Assembly: GCA_905214735.1 (NCBI GenBank)
Contig: CAJMNI010000001.1
Coordinates: 27,504 to 91,503 of the forward strand
Length of the DNA: 64,000 nt
Direction: 5' to 3'
Source of the DNA: an uncultured bacterium
GTDB lineage: Bacteria > Bacteroidota > Bacteroidia > Bacteroidales > Muribaculaceae
In this document: in pieces, positions 50,165 to 60,846 of the stretch
Layout: every line of letters starts with the position of its first letter
How positions within the stretch are numbered: the first letter of the stretch is position 1
Program-made: the position numbers and the translations under genes
Notes under the pieces: generated by a model
Seen by the model: the letters and a program-made list of their open reading frames with translations, nothing else
The model's database searches: none
Told to the model about the DNA's origin: nothing

Positions 50165-50210
50165 ATAGAGAGTCCCGATCCGTTTCCGAATCGGGACTCT
50201 TTCTATGTTG
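50165..50210 (+). terminator. Terminator hairpin AGAGTCCCGAT-ccgtttccga-ATCGGGACTCT followed by TTCTATGTT
   Basis: Perfect 11-bp stem plus T-rich tail, downstream of waaA. Confidence 0.7.
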
Positions 50211-50214
50211 GGAT

Positions 50215-50247
50215 TTTCCGGAGGCGCGACCGGAGCGCGCCTCCGGA
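50215..50247. terminator. Second hairpin TTCCGGAGGCGCG-accggag-CGCGCCTCCGGAA, 8 nt beyond the stop of the convergent minus-strand cargo gene
   Basis: Perfect 13-bp stem with no clear U-tract on either strand. Possible terminator of gene 50255-53629. Confidence 0.45.
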
Positions 50248-50254
50248 AATCGGG

Positions 50255-53200
50255 TTATCTGATCACCATCTTCATGGTGCGCTTCGGCGTGCGGAGGATG
50301 TAGATTCCCGCGTCGAGACGGGAAAGTTCCGATGCCATGACTCCCTTGGCCACGCTGCGGCCGTCAAGAGTGTAGACTTCGCAGATATCGGTTGCTGAGA
50401 GGGGATCTTTCGCTATGTCGAGGATGCCGGAGACTCCTACCGTGCGGTCTACCCACTCGGTCTCGTCGTTGCTGCTGTCGACATCACCCTCTGCTTTCAC
50501 TCTTGCGCTGAAACGGAAAGTGACGTTCAGGTCGGACTGCTCGGGATGAACCTTGAAGATGAAATACATCTCCTCGCCCGGTGCAAGCGTCTCGTCGCAG
50601 GTCGACTTGATCACCGTGTGACCGCTCTCGAGCAGCGACACTTCGAAATTGCTTGCCGGCTCCGAACCGTTGTTCGACACGTAGAACTTGAGCTCACCCT
50701 CCTGGTCGGGCATGAGGTCGGGAACTTCGAGAGTGACTGCCTCCAGATCAAGACCCTCTACGGGATCACCCGTTTCCAGCGTTATGTTGTCGAGGTTGAT
50801 GTTGAAGCCCCTTGCGGTCGTTCCCTCGAAGGCAACCATCGTGACGGGCTTGCAGTGGATAGTCGGGATGCGTACCTCAAACTCCTTCCATCCCGTGGCG
50901 TCGCCATGGAGAGGAACGGTTGCGATCGTGGTGAAGACATTGTCGTTGTGGGTCACCTGAATGTCGAGTTTCTCGCTGCAGCTTGCGGTGGTCTGGTAAA
51001 CCCAGAACTTGAGCGTCGGATAGAGCATTTGGCTCAGATCGACCTTGGCAGACGTCATGCGTTCGCGCAGGCCTGAATCCTTGTCCATCGAAACGAACGT
51101 CGCCATACCGCCGTCCTCATCCTGAGGAGTCGCGTCGGGATTCGAGGAGTGCGAGCTGAGCGACCAGAGTGAAGTGGTGTGGTTCGTGAGGCGCGAGAGC
51201 ACCCACGGAGTAGTGTCGAGACCCTGACTCGAGAAGGATTCCTTAAGGCCGTCGGTGTAGACATCGCCGATGATCACGAAATCGCCGATGGCGAGCTCGC
51301 CCTCAGTGCCTGCGTAATAGGGCACTACCTGATAGTAAACCATTCTCTGGGCGGTTACCGTTGCGAGTCCGGTGTCGACAAAATTGGTGGCCTGCAGATC
51401 CTTGGCCACGATAAGGCCGTCGGAACGATAGACCGTATAGGAAAGTTTTGAAGGATCGAGTTCCTTACCCTCTTTCGATCCTGTAGGAGCTTCCCAGCTG
51501 AGCGATAGCGATTTATCATCCTCGCTATAGCTGAGCTTCATGTCGGTCGGAGCCAACGGCGTGAGCACTTCCGGTTCGGGCTCGGGATCCTCGCCTGTCG
51601 ATTCCGCGATCTCGATGTTGTCGATCATCAGATAGTAGGCGTTGACCGGGCTCAGGCAATGGAAGGAGACATTCTTCTTGCCGCTCTCGGCCGGAGTGAA
51701 TGTCAGCTCGTAATGCTTCACGTCGGTGTTCATCACCGTTGCGGGATACATCAGCGTCACGGTCTGTGCCGCCGGAGTGGCGTCGTTGCCCATCTTCACC
51801 TCGAATTTCTCGGGCGACTCGTCGTCGAATACCCAGGAGTCGAATGTGAGTTTGTATTTCTTACCGCCTTCGAATTCGAGGGCCGGGAGGATAAGCCAGT
51901 TGTCGGAGGCGTCTTTTCTCGAGTATCTGCTGGCCATCGCCTTGTAGTTCAGAGCCGTGTTGTGCCACCAATACCATCCGCGCTCCTCCTCGGAGTTGAT
52001 GATCGTGAAGCCTGCGGTCGATTCTTCGGTCTCGAAGTCGTTGCTGTAGGGAATCGTGAACGAGGCTCCCTTCAGGTTGGTGTTGGAAGTCGCGGTCGCA
52101 CCCTCGCCGAGCTTGTTGGTGCCGGTCACGGTGTAGTAATATGTAGCCGTCACGTTGTCGGGAAGAGTCTCGGAGAAGGTTGTTTCGCTGATGTTCTCAG
52201 CCACGACCTCGCCGCCGGGATAGCGTTTCACGGTGTAGGTGATCTCAGCGGGATCGACCGTACCGCCGTTGAGGCCCATGCGGGGAGCGCTCCATGTGAG
52301 CGACGCCCTGTTGCCGTCGAGCGTGAAGAGAAGGTTCTCCACCGGACCCGGCACATCCTCGCCGCCATGCTGCGAGACGTATGTCTTCGGACCTCTGCCG
52401 GCCGCGTTGGAGGCTACGATCACCACCGTGTGGTCGCCGGCCGCAGCGGCGCCCGAAAGGGTGATCTCGGCGCCGGGAGCGCACTTGCCCGAAGAGGCGA
52501 GCGAGCCGTCGATATAGAACTCGATGGTGACGTCGCCGCTCAGAGCCGAGCCGTTGAACGCCTTCTGAGGAGCCGTCGCCTTCAGGGTCGAAGTGCCGTC
52601 GCTCCATGTCATATAATAGTCGCTGACCTCGTCGGGAGCGTCAAGTCCTTTGCGCTGGCTGTCGAAGAAGAGGGATGTCACCTCCTCCGAGCCCGGCATG
52701 TCGCTGACTTTCTCGGCGCGGCCGCTGATCGTGTTGAGTTTGTAGAGGCCGGAACCGTTCTCGCCGTAGGCCGCCCAGTAGATCGTGTTGCTCTCAGGGT
52801 CGACCGCGGCGCTCTGAACGTAGGCGGGAACCCATCCCGAGTTACCGATCTTCACGCACTTGCCGGTGTTCTTGTCGACATAATATGTGTCGCCGTTGTA
52901 GTCCACACTGTAGAGTCGGCCGAAATTATCCGAGGCGAGCACCGTCATCTGGGGCACCTTGGCGATACCCTCCGATTCGCCGGTCATCTTGTTGACGCGG
53001 GCCAGCTCGCAATATTTATCCTCGTAGGGACCCCACTGCATGGCATAGAGCGTGCCGTCGGTCGGGTCGACCGTCATGTCGTAGGCGATGTTGTTCTGAT
53101 TGTCGGAATAGTCGACATATTTCACCATGTCCCATTTCTCCGGGTCGACCACGCAGTAATAATTATGGAACGTGATGCCGAGCTCCGACGTTTCGTCGGC

Positions 53201-53629
53201 ATACATCTCCCAGAGATGGTAATAGAGGTATTTGCCGTCGTAGGCGCCTCCGCCGACAATCATCAGATTCGCGTCAAGGCAGATAGGCTGGAATTTGACC
53301 GGCGACTCAGGCTGGAAGGCATAGACGCCGACCTGCTCCTGATCGTTGACTATGAACCAGTCGGCATAGCTCGACACCACCGCTCCGTAGATCACGGGCA
53401 GCGTCGGGTCGAACGTCGGCTCCTGCACGCGGCGCGGGCCGCGCAGTGCTTTCTCACGGTTTGATTCAAACGTGGCGCTCAGGCGAGCCGGGATTTTTGA
53501 AGAATCCATGGTCGACGCGAGGTTCTTAACCTCTTTCGCCGGGCGCAGTGTCGTGTGGGTCAGACCCGCGGCCGTTATTCCCAGGGCCAGGGCTGCCACC
53601 GACAGTGTTAATCGTGGAATTTTCATCAT
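50255..53629 (-). CDS. T9SS cargo protein with N-terminal beta-propeller, Fn3-like repeats and choice-of-anchor-J-like domain (paralog 1)
   Basis: Likely start at MMKIPRLTLSVAALALG signal peptide (53629), 33 codons inside ORF-track 53728. Shares the QDEDGG..A.F motif with the two downstream paralogs. C-terminus LDAGIYILRTPKRTMKMVIR is a T9SS CTD. Confidence 0.75.
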   Translation of the reverse strand: MMKIPRLTLSVAALALGITAAGLTHTTLRPAKEVKNLASTMDSSKIPARLSATFESNREKALRGPRRVQEPTFDPTLPVIYGAVVSSYADWFIVNDQEQVGVYAFQPESPVKFQPICLDANLMIVGGGAYDGKYLYYHLWEMYADETSELGITFHNYYCVVDPEKWDMVKYVDYSDNQNNIAYDMTVDPTDGTLYAMQWGPYEDKYCELARVNKMTGESEGIAKVPQMTVLASDNFGRLYSVDYNGDTYYVDKNTGKCVKIGNSGWVPAYVQSAAVDPESNTIYWAAYGENGSGLYKLNTISGRAEKVSDMPGSEEVTSLFFDSQRKGLDAPDEVSDYYMTWSDGTSTLKATAPQKAFNGSALSGDVTIEFYIDGSLASSGKCAPGAEITLSGAAAAGDHTVVIVASNAAGRGPKTYVSQHGGEDVPGPVENLLFTLDGNRASLTWSAPRMGLNGGTVDPAEITYTVKRYPGGEVVAENISETTFSETLPDNVTATYYYTVTGTNKLGEGATATSNTNLKGASFTIPYSNDFETEESTAGFTIINSEEERGWYWWHNTALNYKAMASRYSRKDASDNWLILPALEFEGGKKYKLTFDSWVFDDESPEKFEVKMGNDATPAAQTVTLMYPATVMNTDVKHYELTFTPAESGKKNVSFHCLSPVNAYYLMIDNIEIAESTGEDPEPEPEVLTPLAPTDMKLSYSEDDKSLSLSWEAPTGSKEGKELDPSKLSYTVYRSDGLIVAKDLQATNFVDTGLATVTAQRMVYYQVVPYYAGTEGELAIGDFVIIGDVYTDGLKESFSSQGLDTTPWVLSRLTNHTTSLWSLSSHSSNPDATPQDEDGGMATFVSMDKDSGLRERMTSAKVDLSQMLYPTLKFWVYQTTASCSEKLDIQVTHNDNVFTTIATVPLHGDATGWKEFEVRIPTIHCKPVTMVAFEGTTARGFNINLDNITLETGDPVEGLDLEAVTLEVPDLMPDQEGELKFYVSNNGSEPASNFEVSLLESGHTVIKSTCDETLAPGEEMYFIFKVHPEQSDLNVTFRFSARVKAEGDVDSSNDETEWVDRTVGVSGILDIAKDPLSATDICEVYTLDGRSVAKGVMASELSRLDAGIYILRTPKRTMKMVIR

Positions 53630-53917
53630 GTTTATTCTGTATTGGATTTTTGTTCTGCAGTGGTTTGAATCTCTATTCGGAGCGCCAGACAGTCCCACTC
53701 GCACATCAACCGCGCCGGACACTCTCAACGCAAATTTCAGAATTTTTTTCTAAATATACAATGATTGTTAATTGATTTAGGCCAATATTATCTAAAAATT
53801 TGATTTTTGTCATAATTTTCGCCGCACATCAACCACAAATTGTCAATAAATTTGAAATTATCCCGACAATTCGTTATTTTTGCTCGAAATAACTTCTTGA
53901 ATTTTTAATCATAGCTT

Positions 53918-56900
53918 ATGAGACAATCCATACCCACTACTCTTCTGACGATATTGCTCGCCGCCGGAGCAACGGCAACGGCTCTCGCGGCCCCGCCGCA
54001 AGTCAATCCGAAGACGATGCGTCCCGAAGGGCCGCTTCGCTTCTCCCCCTACCGCCCCGTGGAAACAGGGCTCCTCACCATCCCCGCCTCTCTGAAGCCG
54101 TCGAGAGTGCCGATGCGCGTCTCGACCGCCGGGCGCCCGGAACTCATCGCCAACTGCATCGTGAAGAGCCCGGGCTACGGGATCTACTCTTTCCGCGCGG
54201 AGACCGACACGCAATTCGACAGGATCGCCGAAACGCCGTCGCTCAACGGCAGCGCCGTCTATGTCGACGGCAAATATTACGGCTGCGACTACGAATATGA
54301 CGAAAGCTACAATCTGAATTTCGTCAGATGGTATGTCTACGACGCCCAGACCTGGCATCTCGACAAGATGGTGGAGAATCCGCTCGACTATTCCTATGTG
54401 GCCACCGACCGCACCTACGATCCGACCACCGCTACGGTCTATTCCATCACCTACGATTCCACCGCCGACCATATCCAGCTATCCACCACCGACCTCTCCG
54501 ACGGAAGCTCGACCCGCGTGGGCGACCTCGAGAAGGATGTGATCATGCTCGCATGCAACGCCTCCGGTCAGCTTTACGGAATCGACACCGAGGCCAACCT
54601 CTACCGCGTGAACAAGGCGAACGCATCGCTCAGCCTCGTCGGCAACACCGGCATCATGGACAATTACTATTCCACCTATACGCAGTCGATCGAATTCGAC
54701 AAAAAGACCGGCAAGCTCTACTGGGCGGAATTCCACACCGAGGGAATGTTCACCTCCCGCGCCGCCCTCTATGAGGTTGACCCGGCCACTGCCTCGACAG
54801 TAAAAGTCTGCGACATCCCCGGCAACCCGGAACTTCTCGGACTCTATGTCAACGATTATGTCACTCCCGGAGTGCCCGACGCCCCGATAGCCCTCACGGC
54901 TGTTCCGGAAGCTGAAGGCTCGCAGACATTCTCCTTCACCTTCAACGCCCCTGAGAAGACCACCGACGGGCAGCCCCTTTCGGGCGACCTCGACATCGTT
55001 CTCACAGTCGACAATGAGGAACTTTTCACCGCCACTGCTGCTCCCGGCGCCAAGCTGACGACTCCGAAGTTCCCGCTCGAACGCGGCCTGCGCCTCGTGA
55101 AAGCTTACGCTTCGTCGGCCAAAGGCGACGGCCAGGCTGCCGCCACGATCTTCTACTCAGGATATGACGTGCCGGCCGCTCCGGCCAACCTGAAGCTCGT
55201 GGCTTCCGGCAACACCGCCACCCTCACCTGGACAGCTCCCGAAGAGAGCCTCGAGGGAGGCCCCGTGCGCACCCCCTTCAGCTACGATGTGACCCGCCTT
55301 CCCGACAATGTCGTCGTGGCCTCCGGAATCCCAGAAACCACTTTCTCGGAGACCATCGCCGATCCGGCAAGATACAGCTATAAGGTGACCGCCCGCTCGG
55401 CCGACGGCGAGGGCGGTACAACCCTCTCCAACAGCCTGATGATCGGTTCGTTCAAGACTCCCTATTACTGCAGCTTCGACACGCAGGCCGATTTCGACAC
55501 CTATACAGTGGTCGACCTGCTCAGCCAGGGGAAGGTCTGGAACTACGACGAAGACAACCAGCGCCTGCGCCATCCCTGGGCAATCGAGGGTGAGATCGAC
55601 GACTATATCCTGACGCCCGGCATCAGGATGAGCGGCGACAAGAGCTATCAGGTTTCGTTCGACGGTTACCAGATGGTCGAAGGATACGACGAGCACATCA
55701 TGCTCTATTTCGGCCCCGACACCAACCTTGACAACATGACGCTCCTCCTCGACACAGAAAGACTTCCCCAAGATCCGAAAACATTCACCGCCACAGTCGT
55801 GCCCGGCCGTGACGGCACATTCTATTTCGCCCTCCGCAGCAAGACCGGCGCCGGCGGCTTCATGTCGTATGCCGATGATTTCAGCGTCGTTGAGCAGGGC
55901 ACAGTCAACCTTCCCGCTGCCGTCGGCAACCTGACGGCGACTGCTGCAGCAGGCGGCGTCGGCGACATCACGATCGCTTTCAACGCCCCCACGAAGACTG
56001 TCGGCGGCGCTCCCCTCCAGGCAATCTCGAAAATCGAAGTGATGCGCAACATGGGCTCGCAGCCTGTCCACACTTTCGACAATCCTGCCCCCGGCGAGGC
56101 TCTCGAATGGAAAGACAGCGGCCTGCGCAACGGCAACTACACCTATAAAGTGACTGTCTTCAACTCCGAAGGCGCCAGCGTCACGGCATCCGCCTCCGCT
56201 TACGCCGGCATCGACGAACCGACCGAACCGACCGACGTCCGTCTCGACGGCGAGGAGGGCAACCGAGTGATCAGCTGGAAAGCTCCGGAAAAGGGCGTGA
56301 ACGGCGGCAATCTCGAAGGCCTCCTCAAATATAGAATTCTCCGATATGTCAACGGCAACTACGAATTCGTCACCGACGAAGCCACCGGCACAAGCTATAC
56401 CGACACCTGGGAATCGGCCGAGCGCGGAATGCTCTATTACACCGTGACAGCCCTCACCGACGCCGGCGAGAGCGCCGAAGTGTCGTCGAATTCCGTGATC
56501 ATCGGCGATCTCTACGCCATTCCTTTCGAAGAATCGTTTGCCGGCGGCCAGGCCACCTGCAATCCCTGGACCATGGAATTCGTGATCGGTGAAGACGGCG
56601 GCTGGAAGATCGCCAAGAGCGGCGAGGATCCCTACACCTCCGCCCAGGATGCCGACGGCGGCGTCGCCTCGTTCGACGGCTACCACACATGGGCACGCGG
56701 CACGGAAGCGCGCCTTATCTCCCCGAGCATCGACATCTCCACCTTCGAAGATCCGACGCTTACCTTCTATATCTACCACTACAACGGCTACGACCAGTGG
56801 AGCGACGTCCAGTCTGACGTCAACGAGACAATGGTTGTCGAAGTTTCGCGCGAGGGAGGCAAGTTCGTTACGGTTCCCGGTTCGGAAGTCAAGCTTTACG

Positions 56901-57259
56901 CCGAGACAAACGGCTGGAAGCAGCACACCGTCCGCCTCGACGACTATGCCCGCTCGAAGAGCGTGCGCGTGGCCTTCCGTGGCCGCTCGACAGGTTGCTA
57001 CAACATCCATCTCGACAACATCGCCATCCACGGCACGAAGGAGGCTTCCGGCATCTCCGGAAATCTCGCCGCCTCTCCCCGCGTCGCCTCCGGAAAGGGA
57101 TTCGTAAGCTTCAGCGGCCTCTCTTCGCCTGTCAGCATCTACGACGCATCGGGCCGCCTCTGCGCCTCTTCAGGCAATGCCGCCGGAAGAATCTCTATCC
57201 CCGCCGGAGTCTATATCGTGAAATCCGGCTCTCACGTTTTCAAGATTTTAGTTAAATAA
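53918..57259 (+). CDS. T9SS cargo protein, paralog 2 (beta-propeller / Fn3 / choice-of-anchor-J / CTD)
   Basis: Signal peptide. Propeller-like LYGIDTEANLYRVNK. YSYKVTARSADGEG Fn3-like segment. QDADGGVASFDGYHTWARG motif. CTD ...IPAGVYIVKSGSHVFKILVK. Confidence 0.75.
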   Translation: MRQSIPTTLLTILLAAGATATALAAPPQVNPKTMRPEGPLRFSPYRPVETGLLTIPASLKPSRVPMRVSTAGRPELIANCIVKSPGYGIYSFRAETDTQFDRIAETPSLNGSAVYVDGKYYGCDYEYDESYNLNFVRWYVYDAQTWHLDKMVENPLDYSYVATDRTYDPTTATVYSITYDSTADHIQLSTTDLSDGSSTRVGDLEKDVIMLACNASGQLYGIDTEANLYRVNKANASLSLVGNTGIMDNYYSTYTQSIEFDKKTGKLYWAEFHTEGMFTSRAALYEVDPATASTVKVCDIPGNPELLGLYVNDYVTPGVPDAPIALTAVPEAEGSQTFSFTFNAPEKTTDGQPLSGDLDIVLTVDNEELFTATAAPGAKLTTPKFPLERGLRLVKAYASSAKGDGQAAATIFYSGYDVPAAPANLKLVASGNTATLTWTAPEESLEGGPVRTPFSYDVTRLPDNVVVASGIPETTFSETIADPARYSYKVTARSADGEGGTTLSNSLMIGSFKTPYYCSFDTQADFDTYTVVDLLSQGKVWNYDEDNQRLRHPWAIEGEIDDYILTPGIRMSGDKSYQVSFDGYQMVEGYDEHIMLYFGPDTNLDNMTLLLDTERLPQDPKTFTATVVPGRDGTFYFALRSKTGAGGFMSYADDFSVVEQGTVNLPAAVGNLTATAAAGGVGDITIAFNAPTKTVGGAPLQAISKIEVMRNMGSQPVHTFDNPAPGEALEWKDSGLRNGNYTYKVTVFNSEGASVTASASAYAGIDEPTEPTDVRLDGEEGNRVISWKAPEKGVNGGNLEGLLKYRILRYVNGNYEFVTDEATGTSYTDTWESAERGMLYYTVTALTDAGESAEVSSNSVIIGDLYAIPFEESFAGGQATCNPWTMEFVIGEDGGWKIAKSGEDPYTSAQDADGGVASFDGYHTWARGTEARLISPSIDISTFEDPTLTFYIYHYNGYDQWSDVQSDVNETMVVEVSREGGKFVTVPGSEVKLYAETNGWKQHTVRLDDYARSKSVRVAFRGRSTGCYNIHLDNIAIHGTKEASGISGNLAASPRVASGKGFVSFSGLSSPVSIYDASGRLCASSGNAAGRISIPAGVYIVKSGSHVFKILVK

Positions 57260-57292
57260 ACACCCTGTTCAGGGTCTAACACACAAAGAAAA

Positions 57293-60200
57293 ATGAAACG
57301 ACATCTCAACAAAGTCGCACTCGCCTCGGCTATCCTGGCGTTCTCGGCGGCGGCACTCCCCGCAGCCGAACCGCTCTTCAGCTATGGCTTCAGTGAAGAC
57401 AAGGCGACCGGACAAACGGAGTTCGACCAGACTTTCGCAGTATTCGACGCCAATTCCGACGGTACTCAGTGGAAATACAATTACTATACCACCGGTTCGA
57501 CGCCCTATTATTACGCACAATGCTATAATTACAGCACTACCGCCTACGATGACTACATGACCACCAAAACGGCCGTTTCCCTTGAGCAGGGAAAGGTTTA
57601 TTGCATATCTTACGACCTATGGTGTGACAGTTCATCCTCGCTCGGCACAGTCAAGGCCGGCTACTGCCTGACTCCTGACCCGGACAAGTCTTCCTTTATC
57701 GACAGCGGCGACACCGGCTCGTTTATCAACAAATATAGCGGCGACGCTCCTGCGCAGGTAAAAAAGTATTTCACCGTGGATCAGACCGGCGACTATTATT
57801 TCACCTTCCATGTGTCGGGAGGAAATGCAGCCATCGACAATATCGTTATCAAGGAGGGCGGCTCGGCCACTACTCCGGCCGCAGTGACGGGGCTGGCGGT
57901 TGTGCCCGATCCCGATCTCGGCTACAAGGCGACGGTCAGCTTCACCCTTCCTTCGGCTTGCATCACCGGCGGTCAGCTCGCCTCGGTTTCGAAGGTGGAG
58001 ATCTATCGCAACGACGTGCTCGTCAGCACCCTCGCCAACCAGACTCCCGGCGCCAAGGTTACTTTTAAAGACGTGGAGGGCGACAATGGTCGCCCGGAGG
58101 GTGACGTGGTCTATAAAGTGATCGTATATAACGGCGAGGAGGCTTCCGAACCGGTTATCGCACCTTCGGTCTATGTCGGGCCGCGCTGCCCCAACGCCGT
58201 GACCGACCTCAGCGTCGAACCCGGCGACGGAAACAGCTACAAGCTTTATTGGAAAGCTCCGGTGCGTTACACCGACGGAACGTCGATTCCCTCTTCTGCC
58301 GCAATCGTCTACGACATCTACCGCGTGGTCGATGGCGAACCGGCCCTTATCACCGACGAAACATCCTCGTTCCCTTCGGAATACAAGAATTACAACACCT
58401 ACACCACTTTCACCGACACCTATTCGGCCGACAAGCGACAGATGGTGAAATATCAGGTTTCCGCCAAGTCGGGCGATAAGGTCAGCGAGGCGGTCGAAAC
58501 CACCGAGTTTGGCGTCGGCCCCGTTTCGCTCCCCTTCGCCGATTCCTTCGCAGGCGCCGTTCTATCCTCCGACTGGAGCAATCAGGCCCTCGTCGGCTCG
58601 AAAGTTTGGGAGGCACAAAAAAGCGACTCCCATCCCTATGCCCAGCCGCAGGATGAGGATGGAGGTCTGGTGATCTACAATTCTTACTCCTCTTCGTCGG
58701 GCAACAGCGCGCGTCTCGCCTCTCCCGAAATCCTCAACGCCGAGGGTTCCAATCCTACATTCGAGTTCTGGATGAACCATGGTTCGTCGGGGAATGACAA
58801 ACTCTATGTCGAGGTTCAGGCCGACGGCGGCGAATGGAAAAAGATTGAAGGTTCGGAGACGACAGTGGAGAATGCCACTACAGGATGGATGAAATATTCC
58901 TATCCTATCGCCGGAATGGTGGAAGGAAGCAGCAAATATCGTGTGGCTCTCACCTCTCTGTCGGCTTACGGCTACGACATCGTGGTCGACAATATCCGTA
59001 TCTACGATGCTCCCGCCTATGACCTGCAGATCTCTGCCGGTGAGGTTGCCGATGCCGTTATGGCCGGCAAGGAGGCAGGATATTCGGCAGTGGTCATCAA
59101 CAACGGCAAAGCCGTCGCAGCCGCCGACTATCAGGTGGAGGTATATGTCGACAATCAGCTCGAAACGACGCTTGAAAGCGTCGACATCCCCTCGGGAGAA
59201 TCCCGCAGTTTTGAATATTCGCGCGAATTTACGGCCGCCGAAACGGGCGTTCACGACATCCTCTTCAAGGTTGTCTATGCCGCCGACCTCGTGGCCGACA
59301 ACAATGAAGCCTCGGCAGCATGCGAGGTAAGCGCGAGCGCCAAGGATGGCGTGAAGGAAATCAACGGATACTACAGCGAAACCCAGAAGGCCGTCATACT
59401 CAACTGGACAAGCCCCACAGACAGCGAGGGATTCGTTCCCACCGACTCCATGGAGGATTTCAAGGGATGCCACAATGCCGTTGAAGCCACCGCCGACGCT
59501 GAAGCCGTCGAGGCCGATTACCACAATTGGAAAGTTTATGATCTCGACGGCATTGACAGCAGCATGATGGGTTCGAATTACAGCGTTTCGACCTCCGTAT
59601 GGCAGATTTTCGACAGCAGCAGCAGTTGGGCACCGACCGGATCGAACGGAAGCCGCCTGATGATCGTCTGCTCGCCGAAGACCAACAGCGGTGCTGCCCC
59701 TACCGACAAATCCAACGACCTTCTCGTTTCCCCCGCCGGTTTCGTCAACGCTTTCGACGCAGCATCTTTCACCATTACTGTCAGCGCCCGCTCCGCTTCG
59801 GGCAGCAATATGGCTGTGGCCTACTCCACTGAGGAGACCGATCCCGCTCCCGAGTCGTTTGTCGACACGAAGGTGATTTCGGTTCCGGGCTCGACATCTT
59901 TCGACTCATATAGCTTCGAGGTTCCCGGCAACGCCCGTTATATCGCAATCCGCCACTGCACTCCGGCAACCGAATATGGCGCCGCCCTCTATATCGACAA
60001 AATCGAGGCCAAGTCCAACTTCGAGCCGGCTCTCGGTTTCCATGTCTATGAAAACGGCAAACGTGTCAACGACGCGATGCTAACCGCAACCGAGTTTGTG
60101 ATCCCCGTTGAGGAGGCAGGCGACGAACCTCTCTCCGTCCGCGCAAGAGAGGCTGAAAACGACACTCTGACACGCACGTTCAATATCTCCACCGTTTACG

Positions 60201-60442
60201 ATGAAGGCGAGACAGCACTCGGTCCCGATGTGGCTGTAAACGTCCCGACAGGTGTAGCTGAGATCGACGCCGAATATGAGCTCAAGGTCTGCGGCATGAG
60301 CGTCAGCGCCCTCTCGCCGATCGACGTCTACACGGTCGACGGCACATGCGTGGCTGCCGGCGTGAAGTCGTTCATCGCCCCCGCTCCCGGCCTCTACATC
60401 CTGAAAGCCGACAAAGCATCGGTGAAAGTTATACTGAAATAA
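57293..60442 (+). CDS. T9SS cargo protein, paralog 3 (Fn3 / choice-of-anchor-J / CTD)
   Basis: Signal peptide. QDEDGGLVIYNSYSSSSGNSARLASP motif. CTD ...APGLYILKADKASVKVILK. 33-nt spacer from paralog 2. Confidence 0.75.
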   Translation: MKRHLNKVALASAILAFSAAALPAAEPLFSYGFSEDKATGQTEFDQTFAVFDANSDGTQWKYNYYTTGSTPYYYAQCYNYSTTAYDDYMTTKTAVSLEQGKVYCISYDLWCDSSSSLGTVKAGYCLTPDPDKSSFIDSGDTGSFINKYSGDAPAQVKKYFTVDQTGDYYFTFHVSGGNAAIDNIVIKEGGSATTPAAVTGLAVVPDPDLGYKATVSFTLPSACITGGQLASVSKVEIYRNDVLVSTLANQTPGAKVTFKDVEGDNGRPEGDVVYKVIVYNGEEASEPVIAPSVYVGPRCPNAVTDLSVEPGDGNSYKLYWKAPVRYTDGTSIPSSAAIVYDIYRVVDGEPALITDETSSFPSEYKNYNTYTTFTDTYSADKRQMVKYQVSAKSGDKVSEAVETTEFGVGPVSLPFADSFAGAVLSSDWSNQALVGSKVWEAQKSDSHPYAQPQDEDGGLVIYNSYSSSSGNSARLASPEILNAEGSNPTFEFWMNHGSSGNDKLYVEVQADGGEWKKIEGSETTVENATTGWMKYSYPIAGMVEGSSKYRVALTSLSAYGYDIVVDNIRIYDAPAYDLQISAGEVADAVMAGKEAGYSAVVINNGKAVAAADYQVEVYVDNQLETTLESVDIPSGESRSFEYSREFTAAETGVHDILFKVVYAADLVADNNEASAACEVSASAKDGVKEINGYYSETQKAVILNWTSPTDSEGFVPTDSMEDFKGCHNAVEATADAEAVEADYHNWKVYDLDGIDSSMMGSNYSVSTSVWQIFDSSSSWAPTGSNGSRLMIVCSPKTNSGAAPTDKSNDLLVSPAGFVNAFDAASFTITVSARSASGSNMAVAYSTEETDPAPESFVDTKVISVPGSTSFDSYSFEVPGNARYIAIRHCTPATEYGAALYIDKIEAKSNFEPALGFHVYENGKRVNDAMLTATEFVIPVEEAGDEPLSVRAREAENDTLTRTFNISTVYDEGETALGPDVAVNVPTGVAEIDAEYELKVCGMSVSALSPIDVYTVDGTCVAAGVKSFIAPAPGLYILKADKASVKVILK

Positions 60443-60478
60443 TCTGAGCCCTGTCTGAGCGACAGGCTCCAAAAACCA

Positions 60479-60536
60479 ATCGAGGCGACGCCCGCTGCGG
60501 GCGCCGCCTCGATTATATTATTTGAATCGGTTTATG
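60479..60536. terminator. Bidirectional terminator (ATCGAGGCGACGCCCGC-tgc-GGGCGCCGCCTCGAT followed by a T-rich tail) between convergent cargo paralog 3 and mazG
   Basis: Stem of about 16 bp. T-rich sequence on the plus side and U-rich (tggtttttgg) on the minus side. Confidence 0.7.
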
Positions 60537-60838
60537 TCTCGGTTAGTTTTTTTCTTGAATGAATCTTCTAAGGCGGTGGTCAGGTCGACACCGGTCTGAT
60601 TGGCAAGGCAGATCGTGACCCAGAGGATATCGGCCAACTCTTCGGAAAGGGCCGCCTTCGCTCCGCGAGGGAATTCGCCGGGCTTCGGACGCTGATCGCC
60701 ATAGGCGCGGGAGATCACCCGCGCAAGCTCGCCGATCTCCTCGGTCAGCACTGCCATATTGGTCAGTTCGGAAAAGTAGCCGTTGCCGATCTCTTTTATC
60801 CAGTCGTCAACCATTTTTTGAGCCTCTGCTATAGTCAT
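60518..60838 (-). CDS. MazG-like nucleotide pyrophosphohydrolase domain protein
   Basis: 106 aa with MazG EExGEL..A motif (TEEIGELARV) and later E..D motif (EELADILWV). Confidence 0.8.
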   Translation of the reverse strand: MTIAEAQKMVDDWIKEIGNGYFSELTNMAVLTEEIGELARVISRAYGDQRPKPGEFPRGAKAALSEELADILWVTICLANQTGVDLTTALEDSFKKKTNRDINRFK

Positions 60839-60846
60839 GGCCCGAC

